From IMG/VR virus record IMGVR_UViG_3300045970_000065, positions 1 to 64,000 of that record: a DNA stretch of 64,000 nucleotides. One strand, given 5' to 3'. Under the pieces are notes generated by a model. It was not told the DNA's origin. It made no database searches and was given only the letters and a program-made list of their open reading frames with translations. Shown here piece by piece: positions 46,501 through 53,800 of this stretch. The DNA comes from a virus. Position 1 is the first letter of the stretch. Every line of letters begins with the position of its first letter. The translations under genes and the position numbers were made by a program.

Positions 46501-49029
46501 ACTTCATCTATAGATACAAGAGATCTTGGAATACGTTTCAATAAAGATAATTATTATAGAGTATTGGGCGATGAAGGCCTTTTCGATTATTTTAAGAATA
46601 AAGGAAGTTTATTACCAGGGCCTTATTTCGATGGAACAAACTCTGTACACTATAGCAAAGGTCGTCCGTTAGGTTATTATGATCAGTCCAAATTTCCGGC
46701 GTATGCTGATGTTGGAAGTGGTTACGGTAAAATATTAGAACTTGATGATATTAAGGAAAAGTGGCAGGGCGTTACTAAAGAAGGTACAGGATATCAAGGA
46801 CATATAAATAGAGCTAGTAGTAAATCTGTTAATATTCCTTTAATTGGTGGCGGAAAGCACGAATTGATTCAAATGCCTAGAGATTTTGCTAAAGTAGAAG
46901 AAATAGGAAATTTAATCAAATCGGGTGACTTGAATAATCTACCAGATATTCTGGAATTTTTAGGTGGCGATCCTAACGCTGGTAGAGATATATACAAGCA
47001 ATTTGATGTATTTAAAGGAAAGGCTAGAGATATACTTAAGCAAATAAGTGTTAAAGGCGTGCTATCTGGTGCTAAAAATATTGCAACAGGTGTCGCCGGT
47101 GGATTAGGTGCAGATACCTTTGTTCGTAATAACCTAAATCTTACAGGCACAGGTAACGCTGCTGAAGAAATAGTTGCTTCCACAGATAATCCGTATTCTG
47201 TTTTAAATTCGGCCTTTGTAGCCTTTAGCAAGACTGTCGATATCATTAATAAAGAATTGATAGCTGCAGTGGCTGGAGGAGGATCAGCTACTCTTATCTC
47301 TAAAATTCCCAACCCGTACGTAAAGATAGCCGCCATTCTGGGGTCGCTGAGCGTTGCGGCATGGCAGGGGTTCCAACCGCAGAAAAAGGCCACAGGTGGG
47401 GTACTTAGTGGCCCAGGAACGGGCACTTCTGACTCAATACCTGCAATGCTCTCGAATGGTGAATTCGTTGTCAATGCTAAGTCTACATCACGTTATCGTG
47501 ATCTTTTGCATGCTATTAACAAAGGAGAAATAGCAGGATTCGCTACTGGTGGACTTAATAGTAATATTCAGAACTTCCAGAATCTTGGAACTACATTTTC
47601 TGACATTGACAGACGTGGTGCATCTTCGCGTAAAGCAGTACAGCTTAAAGTTCAAGCTTTAGGGCTGTCCATAGATATGTCTCAATTAAACGAGATGAAT
47701 GACAAGTATCTGAAGATGTTTAATAATTATTTAGAACAGATTAAAGAATATGAAATAGCTGCTGCATCTGCTTCAGCTGAAAATAAAGCGATCATGAATG
47801 TTAAACTTAGAGAATTCTATGATACGATCGATAAGATGAAGGATGCATCTTTTGCAAATAAAGCCGGTGAAGCTTTCAGTTCTAATTTTCATAGTAATTT
47901 TAAGACAGGTATGTTAAACGCTATGAAGACAGGCGATTGGTCTGGTTTTGCAAAAGGTGTTAGCAACAATTTTATGGATCAAATGAATTCTACGTTTATA
48001 GATGGTCTTATGGAACCAATAACAGGTCCAAATGGATTTATGGGCAAGATGATGAAAGGTCTAGGTGAGAGTGTAAGTAAGACTGGTGCAGGTTTAGGTG
48101 GTATATTAGCTACTCCTGGTAATGCAGCAGTAGACATGACAATGATGCCTAGTACAACCTTCTTTGGAACATGCGTAGATCGCTTTAGTCTTGCGGTAAG
48201 TAATTTCGGAATGAAGTTTGATTTAAGTAAACCAGGAGAACGAGGTACAGGGTTATCAGGTACAAGCGCACCTTTACCTGGATCTGATGGTACTTTTGCA
48301 CCTCAATTAGATACTTTATCGAGTGGTGGAATTACACTTGGTAATGCTACTAATTCAGATCCTTTTGGAACTCCTGCTCCCATTGTTGATAAATCAAATC
48401 TACAAGCCACTATTAATCAAACCTCTACAATGGGTGATTTGTTTAATAAATCTAATTTAACATATTTAGCTGGTGCAGGAATGATTGTTGCAGCTCTTGC
48501 TGGCGGTATGAGTGGTGGTAAAATGGATTGGATTGCAGCTGGGCTAGCTATTGCGGGGGCTGTAGTTAGTGTTGTAGGGGCTGGAGTTAACGCTGCTAAT
48601 AGTAGTAGTGCGAGTAGTGGTAGTAGTAAAGTTGGACAAGGTTTTATGGGTCCAACAACTTCAGCTAGAGTTGGTGCAGCTGAAGGTGGTCTTCTTTCGG
48701 GACCAGGTACAGGCACCTCTGACTCAATTCTTGCCAGATTATCTAATGGTGAATTTGTAGTGAATGCTGGAGCTACAGCGAAAAATATTGGATTATTAAC
48801 TCGGATTAATTCGGGTACTAAATTCGCCGCAGGTGGTCTTGCAGGAACACTAGATATGCCTTTAAATAATTCTTCATTAACTAAAGGCGCTACTACTGCT
48901 TCTAATCAGTCTACGATTAATATCAATGTTACTGGTGATATCAGCCGTCAAACTCGTTCTGAAATAATGAAGATGATTCCTAATATATCTTCAGGCGTCA
49001 ATATGTATAACAAGGAACACGCATACTAA
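37510..49029 (+). CDS. Tape measure protein, 3839 aa, multidomain
   Basis: N-terminal TMP core (GAQALFQLGQGLASGTLRGQELNSVLEQAPRIAQAISDELGVTLGQLRSMGEAGKITS). Cluster of hydrophobic helices in the second quarter, long coiled coils, HEIGH (45697..45711), three GTGTSDSI..LSNGEFVVNA modules. Confidence 0.9.
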   Translation: MSIGIEFETRSDKAQKDLNAINNSLKNIENTTGKASAALGNAFRALGAMATIGGTALYLKNVSTQFSELSNKIAVVTGRTNALVKTQKELYAIATKTGSSLSSVAETFGSFGRSTKNMDIPLRKLLTVTETIQKALTLTGSNNESGAQALFQLGQGLASGTLRGQELNSVLEQAPRIAQAISDELGVTLGQLRSMGEAGKITSKVVFSAMLNQTKKINEEFKDINFTISQTMGSLSDAVKIFVSELDKGLGISSGLGNTFFKMANHIRLASDGAAEMGYNFKESFKTMKANVALIAGPMLSIIRKLGSQLLTAMPTHIFHRTLIKDWNAGLAALDRSTGGWLQKWKLFKFSDIIRIESPIEVALRKLRRLSNPNKQVGGFLNVKFDSKRLHDYSRLLGDLADATGKNSSTLGVTLTTMMLKVDHAFRNVFHYFSRNKFTFTFNKGNIEGFLMSLSEMTRGITGVHRGWLDFKTHIVTIFAPAIYSLGIAFKDVSKAIPTYLDYLKKSAIEFYDIFIRNFKGIAAELIRVSTVWRSAFVSMLMAFYEFEKSIWDKTGLSDYLKWELKLTKELLSKITNAFVTSDFGSAAIRVFKNTVKAIEKLYTDLHKVFDKKMHRVNFSSVADSFDDFFNNLKHVNDKTKGISKIFRVLEERLVLARHRIVDAFSSLYSDLQKALNKPFRAIDFGDVLASLTMFLNRIYHAFDKNKPFTDSLSSIKKFAKGVINEFYTIWDKVIGHSYWTDTIESIKKTSRDLASSVGPVLASFGDKVIGVFRKVHAQVDSILTRVKNKLADVFDKNNIVLPTFKIDKKLDFKTNFNNIIKDFKNSFVIISHELPEIFKVALASMAAMVVMMLVPPGKLKIALLSEFLSTVAVSGTIVAEAFGKALTGGSLVYTVGRAFGRLVGIIVGSVIYDIPFILNSVLGLIAGFGRGLAEELTMQWGSFGKMIQKVIKAAFSVSDVVGGMATGTLGLLGAYLFGTSVLKVLSALGIYKKEIKGIGGIFTSLASVIMGTSKNPGFVERMLFGRMGVMKSLSLIGLVAQYAGVFDSVVGEATTMNGAALTTALFAGLWKGDKIVEGFKTKIINPIILAVKGLLSKMNALLGGQSLPVALFSPTGPNMSTFAALSAIYNTGLTLVADKIRPYAAKVSASIMGALFGSNAQLNRQMMWWEIKDAFTEVWASIKGMFAGSGGGGLFSSVRTQLTTFFTWAGGLFTKFTSFIGNLFGTQGLLPRIFMGIGGKTAVKAAIYAGIAAAVLAVGSVAFGAEDKPVKTHADTVNERLDKAKEKKNYWRPYPINQDVETWVSNNPIKTALAFATAALGAFVALSSKARAAITNAFANGLPSANMQNFAKGFAVVGSMAAAFFLGNFLAKFTGNEDMAMEFGLMATMLVGSMASSISKAVPGLLKSVGGFLATELLIGTLSIPVWIAGTLAAIAAAGVGALGIFLFGKEGDFGKDFKNLTKRVKNWVTQTNEKDIKSSITGLTQGQNKSARELGIDLEFDVSTIDTKKLSKVEKEKLTTLETEFGKVIDSAKFEKIIKGRLEGATLIAIESKYDELKKYVDFLGKSDFNFIDSLKSTDTMNPTSKADRFSYWLKEIRLKRSYNLQMDELELQRSGIERYHQLNSLESSEKYAEKMARINMKISDLMKQKDTDYSAYKRGTTPQEQRVAYKAFSLKDATMPSSMADNYDKQSRRVATLRYERNQSEQLGNNFAELPQRNLKEIDKDLTEAMDSWERLADRVNTYQLHLNDVDIFTKSVANMASTFKEAGVAFEENAVFAKDGAAYERIKMLQGEATVLASDLKNAKSIADKQTIFWRQEVITNEIVRIKLEADTTSPFRKQFLLADITGAADMLEGISKKTFETLSDDASKALFDQVTKIRVAQKALEILPEQDPNKILTAQADILEKVVKLEKELTGLRKKRLESAAGSGYFDSRQATPEDVYNGRLGSLFGSQPEATDKQRADAIAQKEIERKIWVEAGRKQFVYNEGKPETIQADYKAAVDKIQQDKWTANNLLYSGLRDQKNGYGLKELAANVGTDLPAMIRTYGTQIDVLTEKLIEMNKKKNDIDFFLSQNMFTEANTNAKYLEQFAKDANRQADTLSNVVSTATSFNGNSISEANIENMDPKILSGLYEQVHNFNIAFDRELGSGGAAIADYLKKRKAISKKISDADYAATNTEDPNTRYRLLTDMGLAPNQIARMEPLVRTNIAQLQKVAKKAIDDRAKGHWRGGDKKYDDVVRAPGDAMRAYSIEEKATIPSLQQQNLVDAGLTMRETLRVSDNLKEQFIEVTSAKQRMDDAFAENPTNVDPTEKANVYLRYEQVFNRVKDSVKTFMDKLADLNDTLGINISDKNFMGLGAIGDKLVDIVYTVKSRMAELLKDKPKELFETMTKFKVLGTRFQFIEDLSTLLADAMTQSVAKGFDNAGKYMADFDFTEFSKLDSGFQKELKGRSTNSEIVDKVKNLNMGEADKQNPVWQQILEAYKHPMDYANEKYIAGLAQSSEFLQKYLADAVPMQEQLVNSNNLLRGAIDWLTQTITKSFPTLFDQSDTLTDGQGYATGGRVSGRGTGTSDSINAKLSNGEFVVNADSTKKYRPLIDAINSGNITGFAGGRNPYSLDKPVGSMSSKYNRWDNSTSRKLLEQNIFEEARTTLAELKGLDISKLKGAAFDNYATKISTFQQDLVTALNGNFHEIAGFNDYGFDPSTKSIYGASLKDSINAKNTLMSNFHEIGHFIDQTAKQTTFIEKNPNPSSWTTKQKSNFDKLTNLNSRNTFDGIFKSESTANRFAEDLYSAIHPEIPLDKSFLGNSFDTYEAVFRQQSPNATAADILAGEQLQRKSLYRVAELSRIPDANIVSRMSMDKVSEHYKDIFSGERMQHSDTIFGQGKLADDVLDNYIKTGTLNDANVMSLDLRPKNLTEDFSKLLRQEVAPNAYDYLTEGSVGKLPRAIRNAMVDVSNSDIVNKLYDAKGKLTASSVFSSMDDGNLFELGKGYPFGTSSIDTRDLGIRFNKDNYYRVLGDEGLFDYFKNKGSLLPGPYFDGTNSVHYSKGRPLGYYDQSKFPAYADVGSGYGKILELDDIKEKWQGVTKEGTGYQGHINRASSKSVNIPLIGGGKHELIQMPRDFAKVEEIGNLIKSGDLNNLPDILEFLGGDPNAGRDIYKQFDVFKGKARDILKQISVKGVLSGAKNIATGVAGGLGADTFVRNNLNLTGTGNAAEEIVASTDNPYSVLNSAFVAFSKTVDIINKELIAAVAGGGSATLISKIPNPYVKIAAILGSLSVAAWQGFQPQKKATGGVLSGPGTGTSDSIPAMLSNGEFVVNAKSTSRYRDLLHAINKGEIAGFATGGLNSNIQNFQNLGTTFSDIDRRGASSRKAVQLKVQALGLSIDMSQLNEMNDKYLKMFNNYLEQIKEYEIAAASASAENKAIMNVKLREFYDTIDKMKDASFANKAGEAFSSNFHSNFKTGMLNAMKTGDWSGFAKGVSNNFMDQMNSTFIDGLMEPITGPNGFMGKMMKGLGESVSKTGAGLGGILATPGNAAVDMTMMPSTTFFGTCVDRFSLAVSNFGMKFDLSKPGERGTGLSGTSAPLPGSDGTFAPQLDTLSSGGITLGNATNSDPFGTPAPIVDKSNLQATINQTSTMGDLFNKSNLTYLAGAGMIVAALAGGMSGGKMDWIAAGLAIAGAVVSVVGAGVNAANSSSASSGSSKVGQGFMGPTTSARVGAAEGGLLSGPGTGTSDSILARLSNGEFVVNAGATAKNIGLLTRINSGTKFAAGGLAGTLDMPLNNSSLTKGATTASNQSTININVTGDISRQTRSEIMKMIPNISSGVNMYNKEHAY

Positions 49030-49086
49030 CCCTCAACAGCCCCGTATATGGTAATCTATAATCCCTAGGGGCATAAGGAGCTAAAA

Positions 49087-49692
49087 ATGGCTTTATATGG
49101 AGTATTGAAAAATAGCATCACTAATAGTGGCGCTGACAGTGATTTGCAGTATACTTTCTCAGCACCACTAAGTGTAACAAGTAACCAACCGGTGTTCTAT
49201 ACAGATACTGTAAATCTTAAACGGAGGACGTATCGATCTATTCCACAACGTTGGGAGATAGAAGCATCTGTATCACGATTAGATCCATCTATGCAGTATC
49301 TTGTACATAGCGTTGTAAATGGAAATGCTAATGTGATTTATATCAGAATGCCGCAACCTCCTGAACTTGCATTTCCTGTAATATTATCAGCAGCTGTAAC
49401 TGGAATTGCGGCTATCTCCAGTACATCAATAAGTACGTTAGCAAGTATTCCAGTAGGATCATTTATAAACTTTTCAAATCATTCTAAAGTCTATATGGTA
49501 AAAGAAATTGCGACAGGTTTAATTAAAATCCATCCAGGGCTAGTAAGCGCTATCGATACAACAGTTACAATTAAATTAGGTTCGGCAGTTACGATGGCAG
49601 CATATTATGATACAGGTACTAGAATAGGTATCAATTATGAAGACGGTATTCTTTCAAATATATCTGGTGTAAAATTCATAGAGGCATTATGA
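49087..49692 (+). CDS. Distal tail protein candidate (positional)
   Basis: First gene after TMP; ATG after TAAGGAGCTAAAA. Confidence 0.4.
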   Translation: MALYGVLKNSITNSGADSDLQYTFSAPLSVTSNQPVFYTDTVNLKRRTYRSIPQRWEIEASVSRLDPSMQYLVHSVVNGNANVIYIRMPQPPELAFPVILSAAVTGIAAISSTSISTLASIPVGSFINFSNHSKVYMVKEIATGLIKIHPGLVSAIDTTVTIKLGSAVTMAAYYDTGTRIGINYEDGILSNISGVKFIEAL

Positions 49693-50171
49693 AATTACAA
49701 ACTATAAAATCAAGTGAAATGGTAGATTCGGATTTCTACTCTTGTATGGAAAAAATGATTGATCAAACAAAAGGGTTTCCTATATCTGAGCCTAAATACA
49801 CGCATACCTTTTCTAACGGTCTTTATATACGTGAAGCAAGAGTTAAGAAGGGTGCTCTAGTAATTGGTGCGATCCATAAGAAAGAAACAGTTGCTATCCT
49901 AGCTGAAGGTAAGATGCAAAACTTAACAAAAAATGGTGTAATACTAGTAGAAGCTTACAAGATGTTAATAACACCACCAGGTATGCAAAGAGCATCTTTA
50001 ACATTGACGGATGTTACATTTATGACGTTACATAGAACAGATGCCATGAGTGTGGAAGAGTTTGAGGATGAGTGGATAATAGGAGGACATCGATTCCTCT
50101 TGGGTGGTGATTCAAATCCACAGACAATCAAAAATGGGAGCATATATGAGAGTAATAAGCAACTTAGTTAG
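49689..50171 (+). CDS. Hypothetical protein, cupin-like beta-barrel pattern
   Basis: HTFSNGLYIREARVKKGALVIGAIHKKETVAILAEGKM suggests a double-stranded beta-helix; weak. Confidence 0.4.
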   Translation: MKLQTIKSSEMVDSDFYSCMEKMIDQTKGFPISEPKYTHTFSNGLYIREARVKKGALVIGAIHKKETVAILAEGKMQNLTKNGVILVEAYKMLITPPGMQRASLTLTDVTFMTLHRTDAMSVEEFEDEWIIGGHRFLLGGDSNPQTIKNGSIYESNKQLS

Positions 50172-50844
50172 TTATATAATGGCGAGTGATTTTTATAATC
50201 CATTTCTCATTGTAGAATTAGCTTTCAACGGTCATCCTGTAGCACCTAATAGTGTCGCGTTAAATCCAAATACTTATCGTTGGACAACACTGCCCGGAAA
50301 TATCTTTGTTTTTGGAAATACTTATGTACCGGATCACGGTTTAGTAACATTGGAACCGCCTAAATTAGGCAATTCATTAACGAAAGATACATATACTTTG
50401 AAGATTTCTGATCCATTGTATGAAATTAGACCGTATATAACTAACGCGTGTGGATCAGCCAGAGCCAAGATTTCACTAGGTTTTATAGCGCCCTTTGATA
50501 TTACACCTGTCACTTCTATAAATGGCCAAACAGGAAATGTAACTACAACTGTGCTTAAAGATTATCCTATAGCTGAGGACAGACATGTAATCAACATATA
50601 CTCAGGTATAGTAGATAGTGCACAATATATTGTATCTGAAGAGACTGGTATCATTCTAGAAATACGTTTAACATCACCATTGGGTGTTCTAGACGCTTCT
50701 AATAACTTCTATGCTACTGCAGATATGCTGCAACGGAGGGTTCCAAATACTAATGGCGTTCCAAACTATTATGACACATCTTTTGATAATGTGTCTCTGG
50801 CAGGAAAGATTCAAGAAATAAGATGGGGAAGATCCCTAGTATAG
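50146..50844 (+). CDS. Minor tail protein (positional)
   Basis: In frame with track ORF 50104..50844; ATG 50146 follows GGGAG (alternatives 50134, 50179). Confidence 0.5.
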   Translation: MRVISNLVSYIMASDFYNPFLIVELAFNGHPVAPNSVALNPNTYRWTTLPGNIFVFGNTYVPDHGLVTLEPPKLGNSLTKDTYTLKISDPLYEIRPYITNACGSARAKISLGFIAPFDITPVTSINGQTGNVTTTVLKDYPIAEDRHVINIYSGIVDSAQYIVSEETGIILEIRLTSPLGVLDASNNFYATADMLQRRVPNTNGVPNYYDTSFDNVSLAGKIQEIRWGRSLV

Positions 50845-50853
50845 GAGAAATTT

Positions 50854-53800
50854 ATGTCAAGTTTGGCAATGTTTGCAATTATAATCTCGATAGCCTCAAC
50901 AGCATATTCAATAGCATCTAGTATGGATGCCGCGCGTAAAGCCAAGAATGCGAAAGCAGATGCCGACGCTAATGCAGATAGAGCAAAAGGTTTTCAATTT
51001 GTTGTAGAAGGTAGTTCTGAACCAGTACCAATAGTATTCGGTAGAAACAAAATAGGAGGCATACGAGTTCATAATGCTGTTGTGAGTAATTATTACAGTG
51101 TACCTAAAACGCCAGTATTGCCAGAATTAGTGGTAATGATACCTAAAGAAACTGGGAGTTGTTGGAGATTAAGACATTCTGATCCAACTTGGCTTAGTGG
51201 TGCTTGGGAACCTATAACTACAACAATTCCACCTAAGAGACCTTGTTGGAAATACAATTCTGCGACAAATACTTGGAGCGGTCCAGCTGTTCAATCAGGT
51301 ATAAATTTTCTTTATTGTTTTCCACAAGTAGATAGTAATGGAAACGATACAGCTCTTGCTCCACCAAATTTGCCTGAATTGAAAATGGAATATCCGGCAG
51401 CTTATGACACAAGCCTTAATAACGCTTATTATGGAGACCATTGGGGTTGGAAAAAGGCTTATTTGTTTACTCAAACAATACTAACGCAAGGCACACTTAA
51501 TGATGTAATCACGGCTGACGTCAATGATCAGAACTACAATTCGGATCTTTATAATGTAGGCGGAGGAGTATGGCCTAATCCGATGTCTTTCAGTGGTCTG
51601 ATGCTACAAGTACATAAGAAAGGCGGTAATGCTAATGCCTTAATGACTAAAAACGATGCTACAAGAAGTGATTCAAGATTCTCAGGTTGTGCATATGCTA
51701 CTCAATTCTTCGGTCTTAATAGAGAAGATCCACAATTTAGCGGTATACCTGAGGTTAAGTATTATGTTGAAGGAAATAATCTGAGTAATATAACGAATGG
51801 AAGGCTCATTCGAGCAACTGATGGAATGTATTCAAATAATGCTATAAGAGTACTTTTAGAGTATCTGATTAATACTACTTTCGGTGTATCCATTTCACCT
51901 AACGATTTAGATCTTGTTTCCTTTGAAGAAGCAATAAGCATAGCAGAGAGAATAATACAAACAACTAACATATCTTCAGGTTCTTTCTGGTCTTATAAGT
52001 CTGTGGATAGAGTGATTCATTTATTCGAAACCAATCTTGTGCTATCATCGAAAGACACGCATAGATCTAATATTAATAAAATACTCTCTTGTATGGGATC
52101 ATGCGTAGATTTGATATGGTCTAACGGACAATATAAAATTAAGTTAGTATGTCCTGAGATATATGATACAACTAAGAATCACACTTTTAAGAAATATTCT
52201 CTAGTACAAATAAAAGGTGATATTGGTGGTGTTGTCTATAAATCTCTTTTTGATAACGAGACTTCTTTGCCTTCGCTAACATCTAGCCGATGGACTAAAG
52301 CTGCTGTTGCTCTGATAACAGATTCAGATCTGCTTCTAGATACTCAAGTAACAACTACTTGGCCAAATATAGATAACAAGCTAAATTACGCTACCGTACG
52401 TTTTCTTAATGAAGATATGAACTTCATGGAAGATACAGCTTTTTGGCCAGATAGAGAAGGTAATGCAACTGTCTATAAAGCTTATTTAGCACAAGATTGT
52501 GATATTCTTCTAGAAGATGATTTCTTCGCTGATGGTGTAACTTTAAAGCAGCATGCTAGAGCTTTGGCTGAGCAGAAGGTTAGATTCTCAAGAAACTTAT
52601 TGTCATATACTTTTAGTACTGCTGGTAAATATTACTTCCTAGAACCAGGCGATCTTATCGAGTTCTCCAGTGAGACATTTAAAATAGGTTGGCCGACACC
52701 TATTACAATGAAGATAACAAAAGTAGATGGAGAAACAGGCGGTAAACTTAATTTTACGACTAGTATATTCAGACCCGATCTCTTCGCATGGAATATAGAT
52801 GATCACGTACTTGAAGATATGATGTATGAGACTACAGGTCTTATGAACCGTGAAGTTCGAAATTTGAAGTTTATTGCTAATCCTATAAACGATACTCTAA
52901 ATTCAGATTATTCACTCGTATGGAATCCTCCTAGTGACGACGGAGATGATAATAAATCGGAAGTATGCATTGATCGTTATGAAATATTCTATACGAAACT
53001 AATACGTGAAAAGGTAGATGCCAACACGCCTCTGACGTTTCTAGGTTCGTCTCCAGGAGGTTCCTATTCTGGAGATATGAGCACGTCTTGTTCTTTTAAG
53101 ATAATAGGATTAACTGATGAATATACTTATTTTGTTTCCACAGTAACACCTGATGGTCGTAGAACACCTATGCTTAATTGGGCTTGGGTTCGAGGAAGTA
53201 CGGTTGTACGAATAGCTGCTCCAACAGATCTTGTTGTCGTTGAAATTGGAATTACAGGTATATTGAGAGCAACTTGGAACTATATTGGCCCTGGAACCAT
53301 AACTTATAATCTGAGTTGTGACGGAGCAATAGTAGGTACCACTACCGCGAAAACATATGATTTTACAGGTCTTACTAAAGGCAATCATTCAATAGCCATA
53401 CAAGCTGAAAATATAAATAATGAAACTTCAGAATGGCTTATTAGTGAAAGAAATCTCGTAACCTTAGGTGATTTGCACCCTGCGACTGTAACTGGCTTTC
53501 ATGTACACAGAGACGCCATAAGTGGAAAGGGTGTGTCTTTAGGTTGGACTGCTAACAATGTAAATGATCATGTGTCACATTATCATATCAAGATCTGTGC
53601 AGCAAAAGACTGGGATTTCACTGCAGACGAGTTTATCGCTAATGGTATAACAAAAATAATGCCTGATATAACAAGTACAGGTCAATGGACTTATAGCATT
53701 AAAGCATCTACGGCAGAAGGTATAGAGAGCGTTATTGCTGCTGAGGCAGGTTTTTATTTGGCGCCTGTAAGTAAACCTTATAATATTTTTATGACAGCGA

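Noticed and set aside
40482-47474. Minus-strand ORFs of 187-235 aa (40482..41189, 41403..41966, 46869..47474) inside the tape measure gene
   Set aside because: They lie antisense to Gly/Ala-rich parts of an 11.5-kb + strand ORF that has clear TMP motifs. Their composition is low-complexity (Pro/Ala/Asn-rich) and they have no start context.
49039-49072. Partial resemblance of CCCGTATATGGTAATC to the promoter motif, after the tape measure gene
   Set aside because: Only about half of the positions match, and the conserved TTAAATTAACCC half is missing. It more likely belongs to a weak hairpin (GCCCC ... GGGGC).
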